Below are positions 48,246-57,054 of a DNA stretch of 64,000 nt, piece after piece. The notes under the pieces were generated by a model. It saw only the letters and a program-made list of their open reading frames with translations. It was not told where the DNA came from and searched no databases. Source of the stretch: an uncultured Bacteroidales bacterium (GTDB taxonomy: Bacteria; Bacteroidota; Bacteroidia; Bacteroidales; UBA12077). Position 1 is the first letter of the stretch, and the number at the start of each line of letters is the position of its first letter. Where the stretch lies: the NCBI GenBank assembly GCA_964606845.1, contig CAZSIC010000002.1, forward strand, positions 17,609-81,608. Direction: 5' to 3'. A program made the position numbers and the translations under genes.

Positions 48246-48998
48246 TTAAAATGATTTAGCAATCTGAATAAAATCATCGGCTTTTAGTGATGCTCCTCCA
48301 ATAAGTCCTCCATCCACATCGGGATTAGCAAACAGCTCATTTGCATTGGATGGTTTACAGCTCCCTCCATACAAAATCGAAACATTATTTGCTATTTCTG
48401 ATCCATAGGAATTTTTAATTTTTTCTCTGATAAATTGATGCATTTCCTGTGCTTGCTCCGGGGTTGCTGTTTTGCCTGTACCAATAGCCCAAACCGGCTC
48501 GTAAGCTATAATTATGTTTTTAAAACTATCAGCACTGATACCTTCAAACATACCTTTAATTTGTTTGTTTACGACATGAAAATAATCACCTCTTTCTCTT
48601 TCTTTCAACACTTCGCCACAACAAATAATAGGTTTTAACCTGCTTCTTAATGCCATTTTAATTTTTTTATTAATCATTTCGTCGGTTTCGTGAAAGTACT
48701 TACGACGTTCCGAATGTCCTAAAATAACATATTCGGCTCCGGATGATTTAAGCATTGGAGCAGAAACTTCGCCTGTAAAAGCGCCTTCTTCTTCCTCAAA
48801 ACAGTTTTGAGCACCCAATTTTACAGTTGTTTTTTGTAAAATTTGTGATGCTTCGGAAAGTAGAATAAATGGGGGTGCTACGATTAATTCAGCATTTTTC
48901 AAATCATTTGCTTGTTTTACGATTTGCTGAATTAATTCCAAACCTTCTGTAAAGGTTTTATTCATTTTCCAATTACCTGCAACTATATTTTTTCTCAT
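48246..48998 (-). CDS. tpiA: Triose-phosphate isomerase
   Basis: AGNWKMN, GHSERR, AYEPVWAIGTG and GGASL. Confidence 0.95.
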   Translation of the reverse strand: MRKNIVAGNWKMNKTFTEGLELIQQIVKQANDLKNAELIVAPPFILLSEASQILQKTTVKLGAQNCFEEEEGAFTGEVSAPMLKSSGAEYVILGHSERRKYFHETDEMINKKIKMALRSRLKPIICCGEVLKERERGDYFHVVNKQIKGMFEGISADSFKNIIIAYEPVWAIGTGKTATPEQAQEMHQFIREKIKNSYGSEIANNVSILYGGSCKPSNANELFANPDVDGGLIGGASLKADDFIQIAKSF

Positions 48999-49079
48999 AA
49001 CACGAATGATTTTTTAATTGTTAGTAATTCAAAAATAAGAAATTATAAGGTTTAATGATTTAGTATAAGCAAAAAAGTT

Positions 49080-50165
49080 TTAATTACTTATGCGCACCCT
49101 GGGATCTAACATCCCGTAAACGATATCTACCAATGTATTAATAATAATAAATATTACCGAAATGGTGAGGATACAACCCAACACTACAGGAAGGTCATAT
49201 TGATTCAAAGCATTAACAATTATATATCCCAGGCCTTTCCATCCAAAAATATATTCAACAAAAACAACCCCTGCCATTAACGATGCAAACCAGCCAGAAA
49301 TAGCTGTAATAACAGGGTTAAGTGAATTTTTTAAAGCATGGCGCCAGATTATTTGAGAAAATTTAAGCCCTTTTGCTTTAGCGGTTCGGATATAATCTTG
49401 TGATAAAACATCGAGCATAGAATTACGTGATAACTGGATAACAATAGCCAATGGCCTTATACCCAATGTGAAGGCGGGTAATATTAAGTTTTTTAACTGT
49501 AAATGCCTTCCTTCGCCTAAATCATCAATTTCATAAATATTTCCGGTAAGGTTCAATCCAGTAAAATCAGCTAAAAGAAAAGCAAAAATCCAACCGACTA
49601 ATATTGCTGCAAAAAATGAAGGTAACGACATTCCAAATGCAGAAAAGAATAAAGAAAACCGATCGAAAAGGCTATCCTTTTTCAATGCAGCAAATATCCC
49701 TAAAAAAATACCAAGCAGGGTAGCAAAAGCAATCGAAACCATTGCCAGAATAAAAGTATTGGGCAATGTTTCGCTAATTATTTCGGAAACTTGCTTTTTA
49801 CTTTGGTATGAACGCCGCAAATAAGGTTTTTTAACAACCATGCTATACTTCTCTTTAATGGTAATCACTTTTTGGTAAGATGAATATTTTTCCGAATCGA
49901 GAAAAAAATAGCTCTTTTCGTTTTTTGAATGATGAACCGATAGCGGCGAGAGATCATTAATATATTTTAAATACTGCATTCCAGCCGAACGATTGAGGCC
50001 AAGCTCTTTTCTTATAGATTCAACCGTTGAAATATCGGAACGCTGCCCCAGCATCATTTGGGCTGGATCGCCCGGCAAAATATTAAACAAAAAAAAGATA
50101 ACGGTTATTACACCCCATAAAATAAGTAGAGCATAAATAAATCGTTTGATTAAAAAATTTAACAC
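49080..50165 (-). CDS. ABC transporter permease (Dpp/Opp BC-type), orphan in this window
   Basis: PGDP motif near the N-terminus, plus the EAA-type loop IRTAKAKGL and 6 TM segments. Confidence 0.8.
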   Translation of the reverse strand: MLNFLIKRFIYALLILWGVITVIFFLFNILPGDPAQMMLGQRSDISTVESIRKELGLNRSAGMQYLKYINDLSPLSVHHSKNEKSYFFLDSEKYSSYQKVITIKEKYSMVVKKPYLRRSYQSKKQVSEIISETLPNTFILAMVSIAFATLLGIFLGIFAALKKDSLFDRFSLFFSAFGMSLPSFFAAILVGWIFAFLLADFTGLNLTGNIYEIDDLGEGRHLQLKNLILPAFTLGIRPLAIVIQLSRNSMLDVLSQDYIRTAKAKGLKFSQIIWRHALKNSLNPVITAISGWFASLMAGVVFVEYIFGWKGLGYIIVNALNQYDLPVVLGCILTISVIFIIINTLVDIVYGMLDPRVRISN

Positions 50166-50179
50166 TTAAACCTGGTATT

Positions 50180-51358
50180 TTAGTTGTTTTCTGCTAAAAC
50201 TTCTTTTTCAGCACTTTCATTCTTTTTCTTAAAATCAGGGTTATTGATAAATTCATTTTCCAGTTGATCAATATCGGGAAGGTTCCTGTGATGCCATTTT
50301 CCTAAAATGTTTCCCTTTTTAAGTAAAATAATTCCCGGATTGGCACGCACAATAGTTTTTAACGTAATTTCATCAGTAGTATAAAACATATAAGGTGCTC
50401 CTGTTTCCTCTTTAAATTTTTTAATATCAGATTCTACCGATGCGGTTAAGCAAATAAAATTACATTTACCAGATTTTTGGCAATATTGAGCTAAATTATT
50501 AATGTGATCAATATTTTTATTACTGGTTTTATTTAAATCATGAGCAATCATTAAAAAAGTAAATTTAGAATCACTCAGTACAATGTCGGTAATGTCGTTT
50601 CCGCTTGATGTTTGAATGGTAAAATCATGAATGGGCGGAACATAGCCTTCATTAATAAGTATATTTTTAGTTTCAACCCACTCCCAGGTCGAATCAGGCA
50701 GGTTATCTAATGTAAATTCAACCACCTTACCTCCTTTTTCGTATAACAAAATGGTTTCGTATTCTGTTCTTGGAGCATCTTCAGGTATTTCCATCTTTTC
50801 AGGAATATGTGTACCAACACTATAAGGCCTGAAATCAATAATAGGTAAATTTTGAATACAATAAACAGATAATGAAACAATAAAAATAAATGGAATTAAA
50901 ATAATTAACCACTGATTCGCACTTTTCCAGTTAGCCTCATATTTGTCGCGATAGATAAATACAATAACAGTAAAAATCATTAAAACTACATTTTTCCAGA
51001 AAGTTTCCCAGTTGGTCATAATAATAGCATCGCCGAAACATCCGCAATCAGATACAGGATTAAATAGAGCAAGAAAAAATGTAAGCACCGTAAAAAAGCT
51101 CATAAAAATTAGTGTTGCCCATGCTGTTAACTTTCTTTTGGTTGAAAAGATTAGTGAAAACCCAATAACAAACTCAAAAGTACTCAGTAAAATAGCCAAA
51201 GGCAAAGCGGTTACTGACAAAAACTCCAAACCAAAAGCATCGAAATAATCGTTAAATTTATACATCGATCCCAGTGGATCCACTGCTTTAACAAACCCTG
51301 AAAATATAAATACTAATCCTAAAATTATGCGGCTGATTTGATTAAGTGTCTTCATCAT
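50180..51358 (-). CDS. MauE/DoxX-like membrane protein with a C-terminal thioredoxin-fold-like domain
   Basis: The N-terminal 4-5 TM segments contain a DCGCFGD motif. The C-terminal soluble half has TlpA-like topology. Assignment is by memory of the Bacteroidota BT_3928-like family. Confidence 0.6.
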   Translation of the reverse strand: MMKTLNQISRIILGLVFIFSGFVKAVDPLGSMYKFNDYFDAFGLEFLSVTALPLAILLSTFEFVIGFSLIFSTKRKLTAWATLIFMSFFTVLTFFLALFNPVSDCGCFGDAIIMTNWETFWKNVVLMIFTVIVFIYRDKYEANWKSANQWLIILIPFIFIVSLSVYCIQNLPIIDFRPYSVGTHIPEKMEIPEDAPRTEYETILLYEKGGKVVEFTLDNLPDSTWEWVETKNILINEGYVPPIHDFTIQTSSGNDITDIVLSDSKFTFLMIAHDLNKTSNKNIDHINNLAQYCQKSGKCNFICLTASVESDIKKFKEETGAPYMFYTTDEITLKTIVRANPGIILLKKGNILGKWHHRNLPDIDQLENEFINNPDFKKKNESAEKEVLAENN

Positions 51359-51374
51359 AAATATTATTTTAAAT

Positions 51375-52061
51375 TTATATTATGTTTTCTTTTTTCAGTA
51401 AATTAATCAATTTATTTGATATTATCTGCTGTTCTGGCATTTTACCGTTTTCATCTGCACAATCAATAATTTTCAATATTGGATCGCTTTTAGCTTCGTG
51501 CAAATAAACATTTCTAACCTCGTTCTGAAAATTAACATCTTTTTCATGAATATCTTCTTTCCCATTTAAATAAGAACGATCATCGCCATTACGTAGTTTG
51601 GTTAAATTCTGCTTTGTAAATTCAAACGGAACATTCAAAAAAATGTTTAGATCAGGCCGTGGTATATTAAAATAATTGTATTCCAAATCTTTAATCCAAA
51701 GGCTTAAAGCCTCTTTTTCTTTGTCTGATTTTAATTTAGCACACTGAAAGGCAATATTTGAATATACATAGCGATCAACTATTACCAGTTTTTTGTTTTC
51801 TAACCAGCTATTTATTAATTTTTTAGCATCATTCCTGTCGCCAGCATATATTAATGCAATTAAATATGGATTTACCGATTCGATATCACCCAGTTCGCCT
51901 CGTAAAAATCGGGCAATCAGATCGCCATATATTCGCGAATCGGTTCTTGGAAAATGAAGGTATTCATAATCAATATTATGCTGTTCGAGATATTTTTTAA
52001 GATTTGAAATTTGGGTTGATTTTCCCGATCCATCCAATCCTTCTATTACAATAAATTTCAT
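51375..52061 (-). CDS. tmk: dTMP (thymidylate) kinase
   Basis: P-loop IVIEGLDGSGKST. I start it at the internal MKFIV. Confidence 0.85.
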   Translation of the reverse strand: MKFIVIEGLDGSGKSTQISNLKKYLEQHNIDYEYLHFPRTDSRIYGDLIARFLRGELGDIESVNPYLIALIYAGDRNDAKKLINSWLENKKLVIVDRYVYSNIAFQCAKLKSDKEKEALSLWIKDLEYNYFNIPRPDLNIFLNVPFEFTKQNLTKLRNGDDRSYLNGKEDIHEKDVNFQNEVRNVYLHEAKSDPILKIIDCADENGKMPEQQIISNKLINLLKKENII

Positions 52062-52120
52062 AATTTTTATAATATGCTGATTAACCAATAAACAGATAAC
52101 TATTGTATGCCCAATTTTAT

Positions 52121-52128
52121 TACTTTTG
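52121..52128 (+). promoter_or_regulatory. -7 box TActTTTG
   Basis: TAnnTTTG match, 33 nt upstream of the folP ATG. Confidence 0.4.
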
Positions 52129-52160
52129 TTAATTAAATTATTGAAACAACAGTAAAAAAA

Positions 52161-53048
52161 ATGCAGGATAAAGATACATTTTTTTCGAGAAAATTAACGA
52201 TCAATTGCAGTGGAGAAATTCTCGATTTATCAACCCCTCGTATCATGGGAATTTTAAATATAACGCCCGATTCTTTTTACGATGGTGGAAAATTTTCATC
52301 CGAAGAACAAATTAAAAACAAAATAGAAAGGATGCTCGACGAAGGTTGCGACATTATTGATGTGGGCGCTTATTCATCAAGGCCGGGAGCAGAAAATATT
52401 TCTGAAAAAGAAGAGTTAAGCCGATTAAAACCTGTTTTAGAAATGATCAGAAATCATTTTCAGGATGTAATAATATCGGTTGATACATTTAGATCGGGTA
52501 TAGCAAATTATGTAATTGAAAATTTTAATGTAGAAATTATTAATGACATCTCATCGGGCGATATGGATTCTGAGATGTTTGATATTATTGCAGAGCACAA
52601 AATACCTTATATAATGATGCATATGCAAGGGACACCACAAAATATGCAAAAAAAACCACAATATGAAAATGTTGTAAAAGAAGTTATCCGGTATTTTGCC
52701 GAAAAAACAGAACAGTTAAAGCTTTTAGGTGTGAATGATTTAATTATAGATCCGGGGTTTGGGTTCGGAAAAACGATTGATCATAATTATCAATTACTGA
52801 AACATCTCGATGATTTTAAAATTTTTGAGTTACCAATACTGGCTGGTTTATCAAGAAAATCAATGATTTATAAAGTATTAAATAAATCTTCTTCTGATGA
52901 GGCTCTCAATGGTACCAGTGTATTAAATACATTAGCAATATTGGGTGGCGCAAACATTTTAAGGGTTCATGATGTAAAACAAGCAAGAGAAACAATTGAA
53001 CTTACTCAAAAATATTTGACTGCTAAAGTGGATAATTGGCACGAATGA
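52161..53048 (+). CDS. folP: Dihydropteroate synthase
   Basis: GILNITPDSFYDGG, DVGAYSSRPG and DPGFGFGK. Confidence 0.92.
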   Translation: MQDKDTFFSRKLTINCSGEILDLSTPRIMGILNITPDSFYDGGKFSSEEQIKNKIERMLDEGCDIIDVGAYSSRPGAENISEKEELSRLKPVLEMIRNHFQDVIISVDTFRSGIANYVIENFNVEIINDISSGDMDSEMFDIIAEHKIPYIMMHMQGTPQNMQKKPQYENVVKEVIRYFAEKTEQLKLLGVNDLIIDPGFGFGKTIDHNYQLLKHLDDFKIFELPILAGLSRKSMIYKVLNKSSSDEALNGTSVLNTLAILGGANILRVHDVKQARETIELTQKYLTAKVDNWHE

Positions 53049-53061
53049 TTTTAATATTTAT

Positions 53062-53069
53062 TACATTTG
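53062..53069 (+). promoter_or_regulatory. -7 box TAcaTTTG
   Basis: TAnnTTTG match, 33 nt upstream of the cdaA ATG. Confidence 0.4.
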
Positions 53070-53101
53070 TTATAATATTTAATGATGGGCTCAAATAATA
53101 T

Positions 53102-53887
53102 ATGATTACTACTTTTATTACCATACGGTTTCTTGATATTCTTGATATTCTTTTGGTAGCTTTTCTATTATACCAAATTTATATATTAATTCGGGGTACT
53201 ACAGCCATTAATATCTTTATCGGTATTTTTTCGTTGTATTTGCTTTGGCTAATTGTTAAAGCCCTTAATATGCAACTGTTGGGAAGCATTCTCGGACAGG
53301 TTATTGGTGTTGGTGTAATCGCATTAATTATTGTATTTCAACAAGAGATACGCAGGTTTCTACTGATTTTTAGTACCCGATATATAACCAACCGAAAATT
53401 TACAATCGAAAGCCTGTTTTCTTTTGGTGAAAGTAAAAAAACATCCATTGATATTAATTCCATAGTTAATGCGTGTTCCAACATGTCTGCTTTTAAAACT
53501 GGTGCATTAATTGTAATTTCCAAAAAATCAGATTTAATGAGTTTTATAAAAACAGGCGATATAATCAATGCCGATACTTCGAGCAGGCTTTTAGAAAGTA
53601 TTTTTTTTAAAAATAGTCCGTTACACGATGGAGCAGCAATTATTAAAAATAATAAAATTATAGCTGCACGATGTGTTTTACCAATAACTGAACGAATCAA
53701 TCTTCCTCCCCATTTTGGAATGAGACACCGTGCAGCCATTGGAATCGCAGAAAAAACCGACGTTGTAGTAGTCATTGTTTCTGAAGAAACAGGCGCTATC
53801 TCTCTTGCCAAACATGATGATATTGAAAAAAATATTGGGCCTAACAGACTAAGGCAGCTGCTTGAGAAAGAGTTTTCTTTCGAATAA
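53102..53887 (+). CDS. cdaA: Diadenylate cyclase (membrane-anchored CdaA type)
   Basis: Three N-terminal TM helices, then DGAAII, GMRHRAA and VVVIVSEETG (DAC domain). Confidence 0.9.
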   Translation: MITTFITIRFLDILDILLVAFLLYQIYILIRGTTAINIFIGIFSLYLLWLIVKALNMQLLGSILGQVIGVGVIALIIVFQQEIRRFLLIFSTRYITNRKFTIESLFSFGESKKTSIDINSIVNACSNMSAFKTGALIVISKKSDLMSFIKTGDIINADTSSRLLESIFFKNSPLHDGAAIIKNNKIIAARCVLPITERINLPPHFGMRHRAAIGIAEKTDVVVVIVSEETGAISLAKHDDIEKNIGPNRLRQLLEKEFSFE

Positions 53888-53912
53888 AACAATTAAATTT
53901 TGATCAATCTTT

Positions 53913-54752
53913 ATGAATTTAAAAGATATACTGGAATACGCCTTTATTAAAACCGAAAGCTTTAATATTACGGTTTACAACCTGGTGGCAACGATCCTGA
54001 TTCTCCTTGTCACAAGGATTGTAATTGGTATTATTCATAAAGTTTTTAAACGTAAAATATACCCCAATAAAAATATAGAATTCGGAAAAAGCCATACGAT
54101 CTATCAGCTTACAAAATATATATTGTGGACCATTGCTATTGTTTTAAGTCTTGAAACCATTGGCATTAAAATTACTTTTCTTTTAGCCGGTTCAGCAGCT
54201 TTATTGGTTGGTTTAGGATTTGGATTACAACAAATCTTTCGTGATATCGTATCCGGTTTTTTTATTTTATTTGAAGGAAATTTAAAAGTGAATGATGTTG
54301 TTGAAGTTGAGGAAGAAATTGGAAGAGTTAAAGAGATTGGTTTTCGAACAACAAAAATTGAAAGCAGGGATAATATTATTCTCATCATACCCAACTCAAA
54401 ATTTATCGACGGAAAAGTTATTAACTGGAGTCATATCCAAAAACGTACCCGTTTTCATGTACAAGTGGGTGTGGCCTATGGTTCAAATGTTGAACTGGTA
54501 AGAAAAGTTCTTATCGAGAGTGCTATCAATCATTCTGATGTAGCAAAAATACCCAAACCCTTTGTCCGCTTTTATGATTTTGGAAACTCATCCCTTGATT
54601 TTCAACTTTTTTTCTGGACCGACAGGGCTTTTGAAGTAGAAAATATTAAAAGTGAAATTCGGTTTTCTATCGATAAAAAATTCAGGGAAAATAAAATCCA
54701 TATCCCGTTTCCACAGCGTGATGTGCATATTATTCCTAATAAAGAGAGTTGA
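53913..54752 (+). CDS. Mechanosensitive ion channel (MscS family)
   Basis: TM3-like GLGFGLQQIFRDIVSGFFILFE, followed by a beta domain (VGDVVEV-type: VNDVVEVEEEIGRVKEIGFRTT). Confidence 0.88.
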   Translation: MNLKDILEYAFIKTESFNITVYNLVATILILLVTRIVIGIIHKVFKRKIYPNKNIEFGKSHTIYQLTKYILWTIAIVLSLETIGIKITFLLAGSAALLVGLGFGLQQIFRDIVSGFFILFEGNLKVNDVVEVEEEIGRVKEIGFRTTKIESRDNIILIIPNSKFIDGKVINWSHIQKRTRFHVQVGVAYGSNVELVRKVLIESAINHSDVAKIPKPFVRFYDFGNSSLDFQLFFWTDRAFEVENIKSEIRFSIDKKFRENKIHIPFPQRDVHIIPNKES

Positions 54753-55090
54753 TTGGTAAAATCGTAAAATCGTAAATTAGTTTATTGGTTTATGTATATC
54801 CTGCTTTTCGGTAGTTTTACTTGCTGAATGGGATTTAAGTTGGTTTTTGGTTTTTATAGTTGCCATGCCTGGCCAATATCAATTAGATAAGCTAATATCA
54901 CACTTCGTCAGGCTGAGGATGTCAATAGCTTATATATACAGTATAACTTATCGAAACAAAATTAAAATTTTAAAGGAAACTCACTTTATCAACTTGCTGA
55001 TATTGAATGTTATGCATATCTTTTTTTTATTGGGTTTAAAAAATAGCATCCATTTACACTCTATAAAATTTTATTGATAACATTCTTAAA

Positions 55091-56044
55091 CTACTTATTT
55101 CTCCAGTTGTATTCAGCTTTTTTTAATCGGTCCATGATAGCTATTCCTATCCCCTTTTCTGGAACTGGCTCAGCAATAATTATTTCTATTTCATTATCAT
55201 CTTCGAAAGCATGCATTGCTTCATACATATTTACAGCATACTCTTTCAAATCATTTTTTTCTGTTACTCTAATAACTTTTCGATAACCACTTTCATATTT
55301 TCCTGTAAAAGAAATTAATCCGGCTTTGCTTTTATCAATCTCAAAGGGAATATCTTTATCAGCAACGATCATCTTTTTTGAAGGGCTATAATGCGATTTA
55401 ACCATTCCGGGAGCAACAATATCCTCATAACTACCAGTATCATCAAAGGGAACAATGGCTTCAATTTCTTCTTTTGTAATAATTCCATTACGCAAAATTA
55501 GAAAACCCTTTTTTGATAATTTTATAATAGTCGATTCAACACCTACATTGGTTTTGCCACCATCTAAAATAAAATCTACATCCGGTAATTGTTTTTTTAC
55601 ATGGCCTGCGGTTGTTGGGCTTATTCTTCCGAATTTATTAGCACTTGGAGCTGCAATCGGGCATCCAGATGTTTTTATTAGTTGAAGGGCTATTTCATTA
55701 TCAGGAATCCGAATACCAACCGTTGGTAACCCTGATGTTACAATATCAGGAACAATTTTACTTTTGGGCAGTATTAAAGTTAATGAACCAGGCCAAAATT
55801 TTTCGGCTAATTTGTAAACCCTTTCATCACTTTCAAAAATTAACCTTTCTAAATCATCGATATTGGCAATATGAACAATTAAAGGATCAAACGAAGGACG
55901 TTGTTTAGCTTCAAATATTTTGGCAACAGCCATCGGGTTCAGTGCATTAGCCCCTAATCCATATACAGTTTCTGTTGGGAAGGCAACTAACTTTCCTTCC
56001 TTAATATACTTTGCAGCATTTTTTATCCTTTCCTGTTGAAGCAT
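55091..56044 (-). CDS. tsaC: L-threonylcarbamoyladenylate synthase (YrdC + Sua5 domains)
   Basis: FPTETVYGLGANA, KQRPSFDPLIVH and SANKFG, plus a C-terminal Sua5 domain. Confidence 0.9.
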   Translation of the reverse strand: MLQQERIKNAAKYIKEGKLVAFPTETVYGLGANALNPMAVAKIFEAKQRPSFDPLIVHIANIDDLERLIFESDERVYKLAEKFWPGSLTLILPKSKIVPDIVTSGLPTVGIRIPDNEIALQLIKTSGCPIAAPSANKFGRISPTTAGHVKKQLPDVDFILDGGKTNVGVESTIIKLSKKGFLILRNGIITKEEIEAIVPFDDTGSYEDIVAPGMVKSHYSPSKKMIVADKDIPFEIDKSKAGLISFTGKYESGYRKVIRVTEKNDLKEYAVNMYEAMHAFEDDNEIEIIIAEPVPEKGIGIAIMDRLKKAEYNWRNK

Positions 56045-56206
56045 TTTTATTTTTTTTGTCTTTCACGGAATCAATAATTGTACGTTAAAAATATTTTGAG
56101 CAAAAAGTTCTACATTATCAAAATTTAAGCGATTAATCTTTTAATTAAAACAAGTCAACTAAAACCTTTTGCTCATAAAGGGTAAAATGAATGAACGTTA
56201 AAACGT

Positions 56207-56875
56207 TTACTCTTCTTCGGAGTTATTATTTTTTCTATTTTTTCGTTTTAGTTTGGAAAAATCGGCTTTTTTCTCTTCTTTATTCAGCAGCCGCTCAATA
56301 TTCTTTTGGTGTGTAAAAAGCATTAATACAGCTATTATTAAAGAAAAAATTACCAGCGAAGGAGTTGTTTCTTTAAAAACTACAATAATTAATACAGGGA
56401 ACGAAAGTCCTGATATCATTGAGCTTAAAGAAACATATCGGGTAATAACTAAAGTCAAAACAAAAATACCAGCCATAATAAGTGTAGGATACAAACTGAT
56501 TGCACAAATAACACCAAAAAGGGTTGCAACGCCTTTTCCGCCTTTAAATCCTGCATAAATTGGGAAAACATGGCCAAGCATAGCAGCAATTCCTAATAAA
56601 AGCTGGATATTAATATAATCACCACTATCAGGAATATAATAATCTGTTAAATATATAAGGTTTACAGCTAAAAATCCTTTTAAAATATCTACAATAAAAA
56701 CAACAATTCCGGCCTTTATTCCTAATACTCTGAAAGTATTTGTTGCTCCGGCGTTACCACTTCCGTAATCTCGTATATCTATATTAAAAAAAGATCTGCT
56801 AATCCAGATTGATGTGGGTATTGATCCAAGTAGATAAGCCAAAATTGTAATAAGAATATTTACTACAATATACAT
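56207..56875 (-). CDS. plsY: Glycerol-3-phosphate acyltransferase PlsY
   Basis: GSGNAGATN and FKGGKGVAT motifs in a polytopic protein. Confidence 0.9.
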   Translation of the reverse strand: MYIVVNILITILAYLLGSIPTSIWISRSFFNIDIRDYGSGNAGATNTFRVLGIKAGIVVFIVDILKGFLAVNLIYLTDYYIPDSGDYINIQLLLGIAAMLGHVFPIYAGFKGGKGVATLFGVICAISLYPTLIMAGIFVLTLVITRYVSLSSMISGLSFPVLIIVVFKETTPSLVIFSLIIAVLMLFTHQKNIERLLNKEEKKADFSKLKRKNRKNNNSEEE

Positions 56876-56962
56876 ATTTTTAATTTTTAATTAGCCCACC
56901 AAAATAACAAATAATTTTAAAAGCATCAAAGCTTATAGTGATTCGATGTGTTATCGCTAAAT

Positions 56963-56995
56963 AAAAAAACCTCTTTATAAATTTAAATAAAGAGG
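56963..56995 (-). terminator. Intrinsic terminator of pckA
   Basis: A 9-bp stem, CCTCTTTAT (56970-56978) with ATAAAGAGG (56987-56995). An A7 run upstream on the plus strand gives the U-tract on the minus strand. Confidence 0.75.
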
Positions 56996-57054
56996 ATTAT
57001 ATATTTCAAAATAACCAGATTTAGGTTTTATTTAAAATCGATTTAAATAAAAAT

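Noticed and set aside
53338-53892. 184-aa ORF antisense to cdaA. Similar long antisense ORFs lie at 33302..33718, 42626..43045, 10823..11194, 36387..36740, 31657..32001, 63100..63411 and 56253..56558.
   Set aside because: Each is nested opposite a gene with unmistakable family motifs. Their translations are low-complexity (S/L/F/I-rich) with no motifs, and open antisense frames are expected in AT-rich codon usage. I treat them as non-coding.
54756-54779. Tandem GTAAAATC repeats as a possible CRISPR array or VNTR.
   Set aside because: There are only about 2.5 copies of an 8-mer with no spacers. This is far too short for a CRISPR array, and no cas genes are in the window.
54847-55286. Two track ORFs (76 and 70 aa) in and near the MscS-tsaC spacer.
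   Set aside because: The first starts with a non-ATG codon in a region of non-coding composition. The second is antisense to the 3' end of tsaC. Neither has recognisable motifs.
56097-56175. 9-bp inverted repeat TGAGCAAAA / TTTTGCTCA separated by 61 nt, between plsY and tsaC.
   Set aside because: The stem is short and A/T-rich, the loop is long and unstructured, and there is no U-tract. It is compatible with chance, so I did not call it a terminator or RNA.
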